Shown here one piece after another: positions 50,942 to 63,360 of a stretch of DNA of 64,000 nucleotides. Position 1 is the first letter of the stretch, and every line of letters begins with the position of its first letter. Position numbers and translations under genes: made by a program. Source of the stretch: Phoronis australis (lineage: Eukaryota > Animalia > Phoronida); the NCBI GenBank assembly GCA_002633005.1, contig NMRA01000463.1, positions 62,001-126,000 of the forward strand, written 5' to 3'. Below the pieces are notes generated by a model. It was given only the letters and a program-made list of their open reading frames with translations, was not told the origin of the DNA and made no database searches.

Positions 50942-51109
50942 CTGGCGTGCGTTCAGTAGACGCTAGGACCTACGCTAGGACCTACGCTAGGACCTAGCTA
51001 AAACCTAGTCAAAGTCACGTGTTCTCATTTAAAATGCACGCAATATCTCACGTAATCCCGCGAAGTCTTGCTTTTTAGCGAGGTCCTAGCGTTACTGAAC
51101 GGGAGGCTG
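50942..51109 (+). mobile_element. MITE-like repeat with subterminal inverted repeats (copy 2)
   Basis: Matches 19604-19759 with one extra ctaggacctacg unit; inverted pair cgttcagtagacgctaggacct / aggtcctagcgttactgaacg. A decayed partial copy lies at ~61070-61140. Confidence 0.8.
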
Positions 51110-53570
51110 TTTTTGTTTTACACTCGCTTTGACACTCATGTTGGCGACCTTACACACTATAGAAATTTAAGCAGTGCCTTCTCAAGAAGTACGCTCAAGA
51201 TCTTATATTCTGAATTTAGGCTTAAATCAGTGGGCTTTCATTTACGGGGGTGCAGTTCAGAGAAATTTGATACAAATTTTTCGTAGTCAATCTTGGCACT
51301 TGTACCTTCAGCGTTCAGGTATGCATATAATTATCCCAAAATTAGTGTGTGAAGTATAGCACTTAGTTCGAGCGACACCTGATTGAACAAGGCCTACGTA
51401 GTCTTCACCCACAGTTCTGGGTTAAGATCGTCTACTTTACAGCCCAGAGGCACATATGCTGAACTTGGAGGAGTTAGTTAGCAGTAAAAAACGATAGTAA
51501 AATATGCCTGAGCTAATGCTTTTTATCGGAAAAGATATAAATTACAAATACAGTGTGCAGAGGAAATTAAACATAGGTACGAAACTCCCGCAACTGTTCG
51601 GTAGACTGGAATGTCGATTTATGGAAATATCAATGCCAGAGTTTCTCGTCGCAAGAACCTCCCTGGTTTCACTGCACATTTCGCACGGTGGATTAAACTC
51701 GTTTTCTTTCGCAGTTTTTAAGTAAAGTTGTCCTGCGTCAAATTTAAGTTGTTTCCCCTCTTCCCTGCTTACGTAACCGGACGCACGTTTTTATTTACAA
51801 TCTAACAAAATACTTATTTTTTTCAATTGTAAAAATTAAATGCTTTCTAACCCTAAAGAACACCTCGACACTGAAATATTTGCAAATTCAATATTTTTCT
51901 AAACACGGACGTAATCATCAGAGTTGTTGTCGTCTTCTGTCTTGCCATTACATCCGGGTCATTGTCAGTGAGTCCATCGTGATCACTGCAGAAGTGGGTA
52001 TTTTGCGACATCGTCTTTCATGGCGAAACAACGTGCATAATCGATACATCCGCGAAAAATATATTCAATCATAACATCGCGGTCATCTATGTTTCACCGA
52101 ATGGTGTGTTACTAAGCCTTCACTTGAAATCGATAATTGTCACGCCGGTGTTTTGCGCTCAAACTCTCAGCCATAACAAATTGATTGTCGAGACTTGATG
52201 GATTGCTTAAAATCATTGGACTCCCTTAACAACGAGCTTTGTGACGTGATATGTTCCTCACACAATTGGTAATCAAATTCTAAAGTTTAGTTAGACCAGT
52301 AGCACAATTAGGAGTGCAAACACAGTATTTATCATCAAAGTAGACGGGCTTGGTGTGACGTCATAGGGGTCGTCAAAAGTCGAACATTACAACGTTCATT
52401 CATGACAATTATTGAATGCAAATTTGAATAGCACAACTGCTTAAAATAATCTGGATTGTCAATCTTTTGTCGTTTTAGGTGTATTACACTTTCCAGATAG
52501 CCATAGCAACACAAGAAAATGCGATTTCAACACTCAAACGCAGGCACGCCAAATGATATGAATAACTGTCCTTTCGCACCATTTTGTGTCACAGCGAATG
52601 ATAGAAATGGAAGTGCCGAATTTCAGCAATGCTTCAATCAAATTAAAGGCCTTGTCTCTGCATGACCTAACGTTCAAGATCCTATTTTTGTTATCAAAGT
52701 ACAAACCTTTTTGATCATGAGTTGTACTTCGGCCGAAATCGGAAAGTTATCGTCCATGTCCGTCAATTTCCGTAATCTGATATCCCTGTACATCGATCCA
52801 GGAATGAAGATTTTGTCTTCGAAAATGTATTGATACGAACCAAAATATTGTTTTATGATCTGGTTATTTCGATGCACAAATTAGTCCTTTTCAGACAAAT
52901 ATGATTGTCCGTTGTCCAAATTACTAGCTCTTTCTTTGCACTTAACGCTTTACACTTAAATGTAAGTTGAAACTGCCAATACGTTGAACCTCCAGCATTA
53001 ACAGCAATTGTCCATCGTGAAGGTACGTTAAATTTCAGCTTTAGGAACCGCTCTGGTAATAAATCAGAGAAAAATTCCTGATCAGTAAATGTCGTTTCTT
53101 CACCATCCTATCGTGAAAATTATGTAATTGTTGTGGCTACCGATGGTGCACTTTGTATCGACTCGCTTGGAAGTAAACCAACGCCGGTCTTACAGGTTGT
53201 TAGAGATGTAAATAGATAGGAAAAACACCCGGACACAGTGGTTTTTCAATAAACAAAGGAGGTAGCGATCTCAGTACAAGTGCACTCGTCACTGACTTGA
53301 ATTACATTAACGCGCGCGTATGCTTGATTTTTGGTACCAGTCTGCAATCTACATTGTACAGGGCTTTCCGGCCACGTTCCGGCCACAAGAGTTGTCAGGT
53401 ATCACTTTGCCGCAAAAATCAATACTTGAAATTTCACAAGGCTCCAAATCCATATCCGTAGTTGCCCCTGCAGTGACACCGATGGAAAGTGAGTTGTGCT
53501 TACACAACAAATGTACATCTGACACAGCTTTACTTTCAGGTAAAACGTAGGAACACAGCGTGACCGCAAC

Positions 53571-54630
53571 ATGGAGACAAACAGTCTATCTGAAGATGAA
53601 GGGGAAAATGCATTCGAGCAATCAAACCTTTACAAAGCTGTGACCGTCAGATCCAGTGAAACGTTCGATAAAGTAAAAGAAATATTGAAGGAAGATGGAA
53701 CTGATGTCAACTTCCGTTGTTCCGACACCGGAAAGGGATACCTACACGTGATTACAGAACAATTCGCGGACTTTGAGGACGACAGCGTTGAATACAAGCT
53801 AGTTCCAGTAATCTATCTTTTGGCAGAATCCGGCATCGATGTCAATCAGTTGGATGACGCCGGAAACACATGTCTTCATCACGCGTTTGCAAAGAATGTC
53901 GGTTCAAAATGTGTAAACGCCATACTGAAAATTGGAGTCGATCCGTCCGTTTCAAACATGAAGGGTTTGAAAGCAGGAGACTACATAAAAAATGAAACAG
54001 ACCCAGCCATGATCCACACACTGGGCTTGCTGTGTCCCGGCCTGTGGAACGCGGTTGAATCGAACAACTTCGACAAAGTCCAACACTTAGTCGCGTGTTG
54101 GTGTCGCATAGATCAAGAGAGAAACGGGGTATCGCTTCTCGATTGTGCTCGCAGACAAGCAAACTCGGATATCGTACAACTTTTGGACAGGAACGTCGAG
54201 CAAAACAGATTTATATACAACGCTCTGACGGGTATGACGAAGAGAATGAAGAAACAGATGAAGGCAGACGAAGACGAGTCTTTGGACATTGACACCAAGG
54301 ACAGTTCGCATGTTGAAAATGACAAAGATACAGTTCCCATGCCGTTAGTTGGGGAAGCCATCATCATGCGTCAGAACGAGGCTGTGAAGTTGTTGTTGAG
54401 AAAAGGTTCGGATGTAAATACAAAAATGCCGGACCCTGCGACGGGAAATTCCGATCCTTTGTATTTTTATTTGATGAAGACTTACCCAGGAGTTGTCGAG
54501 GAGGAGTGCTTCTTAAAAGTGCTGGAGAATGCCGATATTTCACAAATTATCGAATTCAATGTGGGCGTTATGTACACAGCATGGAAAAAGAAATGGCCAA
54601 GCGAAGTTGTGGAAATGCTCTTGGAGAAGG
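53571..54630 (+). CDS. Ankyrin-repeat protein, coding exon 1
   Basis: Long ORF with ANK-like units (GIDVNQLDDAGNTCLHHA; LLLRKGSDVN). Start context gcaacATGg with an in-frame upstream TAA at 53541. Donor G|gtaaga at 54631, phase 1. Confidence 0.93.
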
Positions 54631-55236
54631 GTAAGATTTTACTTTTCGTGACTGTAATTATGATACGAGGAAGCGGTTTTGAAACTTAAATGTAGATATT
54701 CCAAATAAAATTCCCCATTAATTTGCTGATTTACGAATGTGACAATTTACTAACGCCTTCGGGAGCTATCAGACATTTCATTTCACGTTTAACACTGCTT
54801 ACCCTGTATGCGATGCATGTGTGATTTACCGGAGAAATAAAAGAAAAATTCATGGATAGTCTAGACACCGGAAACAGCCCTGATTCTGGATGTTACGTCA
54901 ATTGCACAACATGGCAGCCACTGATCGAAATCCTAATTGCAACGGAAATAATGACAACGGTGAATAGTGGCGATATGATGTCCGTGGTTATTTGATTAAC
55001 TATTGAGGCAACGGGAGAAATACATAAAATATTGATTGTTTTGAAGACATTGGTCATGTGACGAGGATGGCACTCACAATACTTACGCCAATAGCTCTAT
55101 TAATGAACTTTTAAAAATCGTCCCGTGTTTTGGCACCATAATGTGTCCCTGGTGAAAATAACTATATATAAATATATAACGACGAGGTTGAAGTGGAAAC
55201 ATATAACTCGACAGCTTTATTCGGCTAATACTTAAT

Positions 55237-55341
55237 ATACATACATACATACATACATACATACATACATGTACATACATACATACATACATACATACAT
55301 ACATACATGTATGCATGCATGCATACATACATACATTTACA
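55237..55341. repeat. (TACA)n microsatellite
   Basis: Direct inspection; abuts the assembly gap. Confidence 0.95.
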
Positions 55342-55479
55342 NNNNNNNNNNNNNNNNNNNNNNNNNNNNNNNNNNNNNNNNNNNNNNNNNNNNNNNNNNN
55401 NNNNNNNNNNNNNNNNNNNNNNNNNNNNNNNNNNNNNNNNNNNNNNNNNNNNNNNNNNNNNNNNNNNNNNNNNNNNNNN
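55342..55479. other. Assembly gap (138 N)
   Basis: Run of N between (TACA)n and (GT)n microsatellites. Confidence 1.
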
Positions 55480-55513
55480 GTGTGTGTGTGTGTGTGTGTG
55501 CGTACGTGTGTGT
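55480..55513. repeat. (GT)n microsatellite
   Basis: Direct inspection. Confidence 0.95.
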
Positions 55514-56181
55514 TAAGAGGGTAAGAGGAAGAAGTCAAGTGAATAACACTCGCGTCATCACTATCTAGGCATGAATATAAAAATGCTTTGCTTGACACTA
55601 ATTTCTCCTTTAAATTTTAACATTTTTTTTCTTAGAAAGCTATAGTGAAGGACACGTACATAAACTACAGTGTTGTTGAATTACGTCACTGGTTTTCGTT
55701 AATCATGGTACCCATATTAGGCATTCTACGGGAAATTAGATCGCTAGCTGGTCGCATAAATATCGGTAGATAGGCGTATCCATTGTTCACTTTGTCTCTC
55801 CTTCTTATAATAAAGATTATGGTAAGCATTTATCGTTAACTGGCTGATGTGCGCCTAAGGTGTGATATTCGTGCGATTTGTAGTGTTATGTCCAACAAAG
55901 ACGCAACAAATGAAAGCAATGATAGCATCCTCCCATAGGCTATAACCAGGTGTCGCACTTACGCCCGGAGCACGAATCTTGCAAGTTAAACAATAGCTTG
56001 CGACCTCCATACGACGTCATTTGGCAACTTGGTTTTAGTATCTGAAGGCGATTTCGTCAATTATTTTACCCATAACAGACACTAAGATCATTTCATTTTG
56101 CTTTTGGATTTAGAAGGCGAAAATTGTTCTCTTAATGTTCTTCCTTAACCAACTACTCAATCATTTTCGTCATTTTTTCAG

Positions 56182-56315
56182 GTTTCAATTTGACGAAACG
56201 AAGTGAAGACGGATATACGGTGCGAGATAATATTCTCGTCCACTGCTTCTCAGCGGAATTCAGTAAAGAAGATCGAAAAGACGCCCTCTTCTGGGTAGAC
56301 AAACACATCATTAGG
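56182..56315 (+). CDS. Ankyrin-repeat protein, coding exon 2
   Basis: Acceptor cattttttcag| phase 1; (G)FNLTKRSEDGYTVRD...VDKHIIR; donor |gtaaga phase 0. Confidence 0.88.
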
Positions 56316-56994
56316 GTAAGACAGCCAGTAACTTGTTACCTACATATACAACACAAGTCAACGAAATTAAGCTTGTGAAATTGAATGCGCAATGATTCAG
56401 TGGTTTGTGAGAAAGCATAAACTCTATTGTAGTCGGACAAAGAGGTACCGGCGATGAAAGGTGAATAACAAAATGTCGGGTATTTATTTCCAAAAACCCA
56501 AAGCCTACGTTTGCCAGCGGATGTGCACGCGCGAATTCAGGGGTGTAAGCGAAATGGTTGACGGCTTTCACTAGAGGACAGTTTAGCGCTGCAGATGGAT
56601 TGTGAACCAGCAACTTTAAAGTTCGAGTTTGAATTCTAGGGGCTCTTGTCGTTGCGTTCATCTTCACTTGCTTTCTGGTAATCGGTCATATCTGACGAAG
56701 TACGCGAATGAGGACGCATGCGCTGTTACGGTTTACACGCCGATAAAGTATTAGAACTACAACTACGCCTGTCCACACTGTTCCTTTTAAAGAACACAGT
56801 GAACAAAAATATATTTAATGTCTCTTTTTGAGTATTAGTATTCTCAACTAGCATCCTGCACTTCCTACCATCATCCTGTATGTCCCAAATCCACACAATT
56901 TCGCAACTTTCATACACTATTTTGCCAGCGTCTACCTGCAGTATACATACATTATATACAGCACATTTACATTGTAGACTCTTTTTTCATTTAG

Positions 56995-57156
56995 CTGGCA
57001 AAGCAGGGCAATTTGGACGGATTAGAAGAGCTGGCTGTGGATGGCTACGAACATTTGAACGTGCAGAACACGAAAGGGAAAAGAGCCGCCGTTATAGCTA
57101 AAAAAGCTGGTTACAAGGAAGTAGCCGATTTCCTCAACAATTTTCAAGATTTTAAG
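56995..57156 (+). CDS. Ankyrin-repeat protein, coding exon 3
   Basis: Acceptor ttttttcatttag|; LAKQGNLDGLEELAVDGYEHLNVQNTKGKRAAVIAKKAGYKEVADFL; donor AAG|gtaagg; 54 codons, phase 0/0. Confidence 0.9.
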
Positions 57157-57423
57157 GTAAGGATATATGTTTATGTAAAGCCTTTGCATAAGGAGCAGAA
57201 GCGACACAACTCGGTCCGTAACAGGTCATATACAACAGATCTGCAGTCTGATATTTTCATATTCCATTATGGGAGTATAGGCGTCACTCTATTCCGAAGC
57301 TCATCTCAGCTTCCGGTGCGTGAACAGACGATGTACTTGCCAGAAGTAAATGGTGCCGTTACACCAGTCGGCACAAGAGAATAAAGATTACCGCTCGCTG
57401 GTTGTCTGCGTGCCGCTAGGTGG

Positions 57424-57915
57424 TAGCCAGCACGCAGGTATCACTTAAGTTTCCTGGGGATTTTTTTTTACACCGGCGTTCCTGTTTGGCTGGTCGAATT
57501 CTCAACAGGCAGCGCTTTACGCAAACAAACTGGCATGGCTGATGGAGCAAGTGTACTATGGTCTGTCGTACAGACAAATCCGCGGTGCTTAAAATTTATG
57601 TTCACGAAATGTGATACCAGAAATTGTGGTTGCGCCTTTTTGGAGTCCATCTTTCTACTGTCGATACTGTCATGTATTCATACAGTATGAATAACACACC
57701 GGTTAAATCGGCCAGTGTGCATGTATGTGCTTCAAGCACGCGGCTATGAAACATTTCTGCAGAAACGAAATAATTGCTGCTACGTCACTTGACAAGACTA
57801 AAAATCGTTCATAGTCCGCCATTTTCACGTTGTTGTAAAGCTAACCAATGACTTCCGAGGTTACATCAACCAATGCTAAAGCGCGTGCTACTGCGTGATA
57901 CCTGCGTGCTGGCTA
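57424..57915. mobile_element. 492-bp element with perfect 21-bp TIRs (TAG...CTA ends, Academ-like)
   Basis: TAGCCAGCACGCAGGTATCAC (57424-57444) and its exact reverse complement at 57895-57915. No clear TSD, so superfamily assignment is tentative. Confidence 0.7.
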
Positions 57916-58207
57916 GGCACGTATGGAACCGTAGTGATAACCGTAGCATATACAGAATGAACCGCAGAGTTGGCGGTTACATGTGTTGGAACACTCTGTT
58001 TCTCATCAATCCATTCCGAAAAGCGGTTATTGCGATAGAAATGCATGTCATGTAGATACTATTCACAATACATTGTAGGCCAAGGCATGTGAGGTACAAT
58101 AAGAAAAATCTGTTGTGTGAACTTTGAAGGGACATTACATGTATTTGCTTTACGGCAGAAGAACGCATTGTCGTGATTATTGTTATACGGGACAGACTTC
58201 GTGAGGC

Positions 58208-58420
58208 ATTTTACTTTGGCCAGAGATATAAAAAAGACAAAATCCGGAAGACGCCAATTTTCGCCGTTGCCTGTCAGATATTCGCTAAAATCACGATCGA
58301 TGCCACTTAAAATAGGTTTAAAATCCACTGCCAATTAGTAAGTCGTGGGGTTTGGTTCAGCAGTAGACGGTTCGACTGCCACACGAATGTATTGGGCTCA
58401 ATTCTGCATGACTTCTTTGT
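58208..58420 (+). repeat. Dispersed repeat (copy E) of the internal-tRNA-like family
   Basis: cgccaattttcgccgttgcctgtcagatattcgctaaaatc core, followed by a decayed tRNA-like stretch (cagcagtag...gggctcaattctg). Confidence 0.55.
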
Positions 58421-59267
58421 TCCGTAACATTACTTTCCTCGCCAAGAATAACCCTCTCGTGGGACAGCAACCGTAGCAGTAGACACGGGACGCTTTCAGA
58501 ATTATGCTCCTTTTCACTAAGGGACAACGATATTCACGCAATGTAGGCTGTGGATACATTTTGGGGCTTCACAGTGGTGATACCATCGATTTTCTCTTCA
58601 ATAATTAGCGATGTGCTTACAGATAAGTGGATAAATAATGCTTGATTGCCATTCAGAATATTGATGAAACGGCGCATTTTGAGAGTAGATTCAGCTCATT
58701 CGTGTTGTTCAGAGCATTTGTTTGATTTCTGTGTACATGTATTCTAATTCCCATAGCGACAAAAGCTTCATTCGAAGGTTTCGAAGCATTAAAAGGCTCC
58801 TTAGCTCAACCAGCTAATCGCTGCGCATGCAAATATTGACTTATTGACTTATAATTAATATTTGAAACCGTTTTTGAGGGTCGAGAGGGTTACCATGACT
58901 GCAAATGATGAAACAAAATATCAAAGTTATACACTATACTGTATGCGAAGTACTCCATTACCGCGATTTTCATACCATTATTGACATCGCCGTTTCCATT
59001 ACTATCACGTGACCGTTACTGGTTTGCTACTACGAATATAGATCGACTAATTACCAGTCATCAATCATGTATTAGAATTCAGATGCACACCTTTGTTTGG
59101 ATTTTGCTCCTTAATAGTCTGACTTTGTCGAGAATTACACAGAGTACCGTTGTATCAATTGCATTAAAGATGAACTGCCCAGCTTGTCAAAAGTACATGT
59201 ACATTACTGGTTTTACGTCATAAAACGTTACGGGGATTATTGCTGACCGGGATAGACTCCCTGAAAT

Positions 59268-59395
59268 TTTTGGCTTTGACTAGAGGTACGAAAAACAAAA
59301 TCCGTTACTTTTCTAAATTTATTACAAATCGCCAATTCTCGTCGTTGTCTGCCAGACATGCGCTAAAATCTACGACGGCGACTTAACTCGGTCAG
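59268..59395 (+). repeat. Dispersed repeat (copy F), 5' core only
   Basis: attacaaatcgccaattctcgtcgttgtctgccagacatgcgctaaaatc matches copies A-C and E. Confidence 0.6.
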
Positions 59396-60321
59396 CAGCT
59401 GCTACCGAGGATTTCGTAGGTCCGGACATTGCGCAGCGCAAAAGGAATAAAACACAGCCTACTCGCCGACATTCTTGGAACTTACTACGTCACACTTCCG
59501 CTTAGAAAGAATGTTATTATTTTTAATAATATTTTGTTAAAACTGATCAAAATGCTTTAAACGTGAACAAAATGTGTGAAAATGACCAAACCTCGGTCCT
59601 AGTGCAACATTCGTTTTACGTGAGTTTGATACAAAACGATGAGTGCAAAGTGATTTATTCTTAACATTACTGTAACAACGAAAAGTACTTAGTAATTATA
59701 TGAACAAAAGACACGCCCGTAGCAATTACTTCAAGACATGCACATGTATACGGATGAGTGGTTCTGTCTGTAAGCGAAGCTTACGCTCATCAGCCTGTTT
59801 GACGAATAGTTGTTGAAAAATACGCATTTTTTCCGTTGTAGGTCTGAAACGCGAGAGTCGGTACTTCAAGAAACTGCGTCCAAAACGGGATGCTAACACA
59901 TTTTTCGATTGGTTACACTCACAAATCAATCTACGCACGTGCACTAAGCTCTGAAACTCTGCGTAGATGCCGCTTTTTGTTCTCTAAAGCCAGTCTCGGG
60001 ATCAACGCCTTCTTGAGGAAGTTTGTCTTGGTGCGACACCTATTGGCTAAACAGCACGAAGTACATGTAGTGCACCAGTCATTTAAGTCATTACTTTCAA
60101 CTCGCCGTTTCTTTAATAAACAGTGCCAAACGAACGTTTTACTTCATTTCAATGAGAGAGGCGATGTTCAGGATTTGTTATAAATTGCTGACATTTTCTA
60201 CTTCCCTCTAGGGGTGTGGTCTTTCCCTATACCGAATGCATGGCGATTGACAAAATACACGTTGGACATGACTGTATGACTTGTCAGAAAGACTATCATA
60301 TTAAATTTCACATTTTTACAG

Positions 60322-60519
60322 CGAAAAGCACGAAAACTACACAAGGCCATCGACAATGCCAATCTGTACGGAGCTCGGGAGATTTTAGATAAGAAAATGA
60401 GTCACGTGAAAGACAAAGGAGGACGTACTCCACTGCACAAGGCAGTTCTGTTCGATAGGAGATTCATAATTCGATACTTACTCAAGGAGTATCCCGAGAC
60501 AGTTAACATTAAGGACGAC
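60322..60519 (+). CDS. Ankyrin-repeat protein, coding exon 4
   Basis: Acceptor catttttacag|; RKARKLHKAID...DKGGRTPLHKAVLFDRRFIIRYLL (canonical G-x-TPLH); donor |gtgagt; 66 codons, phase 0/0. Confidence 0.92.
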
Positions 60520-60618
60520 GTGAGTGAAAAATGTCATTATTTGTTTCGGGAGACGCAAGGGCGATTCTTAGAGGTGACGTACGGGTACATGTATCATGTA
60601 TAATTTATCTCGTGTGAC

Positions 60619-60785
60619 CAGGCGCGGATCCAGGATTTTTAGTTAGGGGGTGGAGGTAGGGCAGAGTATTAGCCAGGATTTTTCCCGTCAGACATTCTCA
60701 GCCCTGAACTGCCAAATGGAATCTGGGAGAGTTTTAGGGGGGAGGGGGGCATAGCCTCCTTGGTCCCCCTCTAAATCCGCCACTG
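60619..60785 (+). mobile_element. Intact copy of the 5-bp-TSD MITE
   Basis: TIRs CAGGCGCGGATCCAG ... CTAAATCCGCCACTG; flanks GTGAC/ATGAC (4 of 5). Confidence 0.88.
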
Positions 60786-61265
60786 ATGACCCTAGTAGTA
60801 CATGGAACATTAGAACAGCTGTCATTGAGTATCAAAGGTCCCAGATCGGATATTTTGAACCTTGTGCTACTTCACCACTTGGGAAACTTCCTTAGGCTGT
60901 GTCTTATGAAAGTGTTCAGACATTTTAGTTTTGGCCTCGTGACATTATTTTGTCTCCTTCTGTGAAGTGTTCACCAGACACGTGTAGCTCCAGGATAAAG
61001 TGCAATAGCTGTCTTGCAGCGAGAAAGAAAAATTAGCTAAACTCACAGGCTTTTATTTAAAATACACGGCGATATATCAAGTAATCTCGCAAAAGTTTGC
61101 CTTTTGCGAGGTCCTGCGAGGTTCTAGCGTTTTCGAACTCTACAATGGCCTTTTTATTACTCACCGCCACTTTCAAAATGACCGAACTCACTTAAAACTG
61201 GACTTTCTTCTTTCCCAGATGTACGAGTCACAAATAGTAGAAAATCGCAAAATTTTTATTTACAG

Positions 61266-61367
61266 TTCAACCGGACAGCCCTTCATTTCGCCTGCGCACT
61301 GCCGGATTCCCAGGATGTTGAGGACATGTTACTGCAGGCCGGCGCAAACGAGGCTATTCGTGACGTA
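61266..61367 (+). CDS. Ankyrin-repeat protein, coding exon 5 (one ANK repeat)
   Basis: Not in the ORF track. Acceptor tttttatttacag|; FNRTALHFACALPDSQDVEDMLLQAGANEAIRDV; donor |gtaagt; 102 nt, phase 0/0. Confidence 0.92.
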
Positions 61368-62057
61368 GTAAGTCAATTGTTTAATGGTGCCCATGGCAAT
61401 GCAATATAGGCAAAACAGGGAAGGCAATGGTTTCCGCGCCTTCGAGCACGATTAATGTTTAACGGCCTATGTGCGCTGGGAAAGCCAGAGAATAGAGGAA
61501 ACTTTAAAATTTGATGAAGACGGATCTCAATACCTATGCGGAATAAGAAAACAAAACCATGTATTCTCCTGTAAGTTGTGGGACGAACTTCAGTCCCATG
61601 AATCATTTTTTATGTTATAAGGTAGCACTCTGTCCAACAGACTTGTTCCTTACTCACTTGAGAAGTAATTCCTAGTTTTTAAAAGCAAGGAGACGTCGTC
61701 GACACCTCGAGACAATGCCCATCTCACAAGTAATAACACGCCGTGATAAGCCAACTTGGTAGGATGAGATCTCAAGCACTAGCGAGCAGTCCTCCCATCA
61801 CCTCCATTTTGACCAACGAAAAATTTGATACCAGTTTCATGACGTCACGTGGTCTTAATAAAAAGCTATTGTCTTTTGGGAAGGATTCGCTTTTAAAGAC
61901 ATTGCATCTACAAGTTTGATTTTCTCCACAATTAGGAAACATAATGGCTTGTTACCAACTATAGACTGAATTTATTTTTTTCAATTTGACTCCTTTCGGG
62001 GAAATGTACTGCGAACTTGGCTGCTTTGAAAAGTCTTAGTTGATTAATGGAAACCCA

Positions 62058-62303
62058 TGATGGTAGCAGTAGTAGTAGTAGTAGTAGTGGTAGTGGTATT
62101 GGTACATGTGATGGTAGTGGTGATGGTAGTCGTACATGTGATGGTAGTGGTGGTGGTAGGGATACATGTACATGTGATGATAGTGGCGGTGGTAGTGGTA
62201 GTGGTACATCATGTGATGGTAGTGGTAGTGGTGCATGTGTTGGTAGTGGTGTTGGTAGTGGTGGTGATAGTGCTACATGTGAGGGTAGTGGTGGTGGTAG
62301 TGC
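62058..62303. repeat. Intronic (GGTAGT)n / GGTACATGTGAT minisatellite
   Basis: Direct inspection; strongly G/T-skewed; produces low-complexity ORFs in several frames. Confidence 0.9.
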
Positions 62304-62639
62304 TACTTTTTTGGCTATCAAAATAATGGTAACAAAATAAATATAACGTCACGATGGTCCAATAAAAACAGAATACAAAGAACTAATTGAACAGTATTCA
62401 CGACTTTCACACGTTGGTGGTGCTACAAAAATGATTGTTGTCCATTGTTGTGCAGGATACAATGCCTCGTTTTGGCATCACTTTTAACAACGCGCGCGCG
62501 TGTTCCAAACATGCAGACCCATTTTAATGAGGACAGGACACCTCGTTCTCAAGCATAATGGCGAATTCTTGCAAGTAATGAATGAACTTCATCGTAATGC
62601 TTGCATATAACACAAGTGATACAATGCCGTCCTTTACAG

Positions 62640-62832
62640 GACGGGAAAACTCCCATGGATCTAAAAATAAGCAGTCAAGGGGAGGAGCTCATTGCGCGTG
62701 AGCGGGGTAAAACTTGTGCTGAGGACATTTTCTGTTTGGAAAGATACCTGGAGTTTATGAACGCCATAGAAGAGGATGATTTAGACGGAGCGAGAGAAGC
62801 CAGAGAATTATTGTATGACGATATAAAGTTAG
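62640..62832 (+). CDS. Ankyrin-repeat protein, coding exon 6
   Basis: Acceptor cctttacag|; DGKTPMDL continues the ANK repeat of exon 5; donor G|gtaaga, phase 1. Confidence 0.9.
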
Positions 62833-63223
62833 GTAAGATACATATCAAATTGTTCTTGCTTTGGTGTAGTACTTAGTGGATAAAGGGCAGCAGAAAATAC
62901 ATGTATGTTTTGTTTTCACAAAAAATATGAATAACTAGCGAAAGTATGTCTTCAACACAGCAAGGGAAACGTTGTAATTTTGGTTGCTTTTATGCTTGCA
63001 TGAATTAACCGTGCTTGATATTTTCTCACTAAAACGTTCCCATCAGGGAATGAATTCGTATGTCCGGCACGATTCGTGAAACAACAGCGATAAATTCCAG
63101 TCCAGGTTACACGAGACTTAATTGTACCCTTAGCAGTCAATTTTTCGTCGGGTTTCTTTAACTAGCACGCGCACTGCGCAAGCGCCACTCACTGTTTATG
63201 CACATGCGTATGTCCTGTTTTAG

Positions 63224-63360
63224 GCGACCTTACTGGCACCATGTTTATGAAGGCCGACCAAAAACCACTTGAGCTAATGGAAGCTGTCATTGACAACGGT
63301 TGTCAAGAGATTGGGAAATACCTGATATCAGAAGGCATCGACATTTACAAACCTGTCGTG
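63224..63360 (+). CDS. Ankyrin-repeat protein, coding exon 7 (gene continues beyond window)
   Basis: Not in the ORF track. Acceptor tcctgttttag| phase 1; DLTGTMFMKADQKPLELMEAVIDNGCQEIGKYLISEGIDIYKPVV; donor |gtaaga; no stop reached. Confidence 0.85.

Noticed and set aside
53320-53550. 76-aa ORF just upstream of the ankyrin gene
   Set aside because: No recognisable homology; a likely acceptor (tactttcag, 53539) suggests most of it is 5' UTR intron.
53842-54367. Antisense and alternate-frame ORFs within ankyrin exon 1
   Set aside because: Shadows of the real CDS.
61959-62340. Pro-, His/Tyr-, Val- and Gly/Ser-rich ORFs
   Set aside because: Translations of the intronic minisatellite; exons 5 and 6 join in frame without it.
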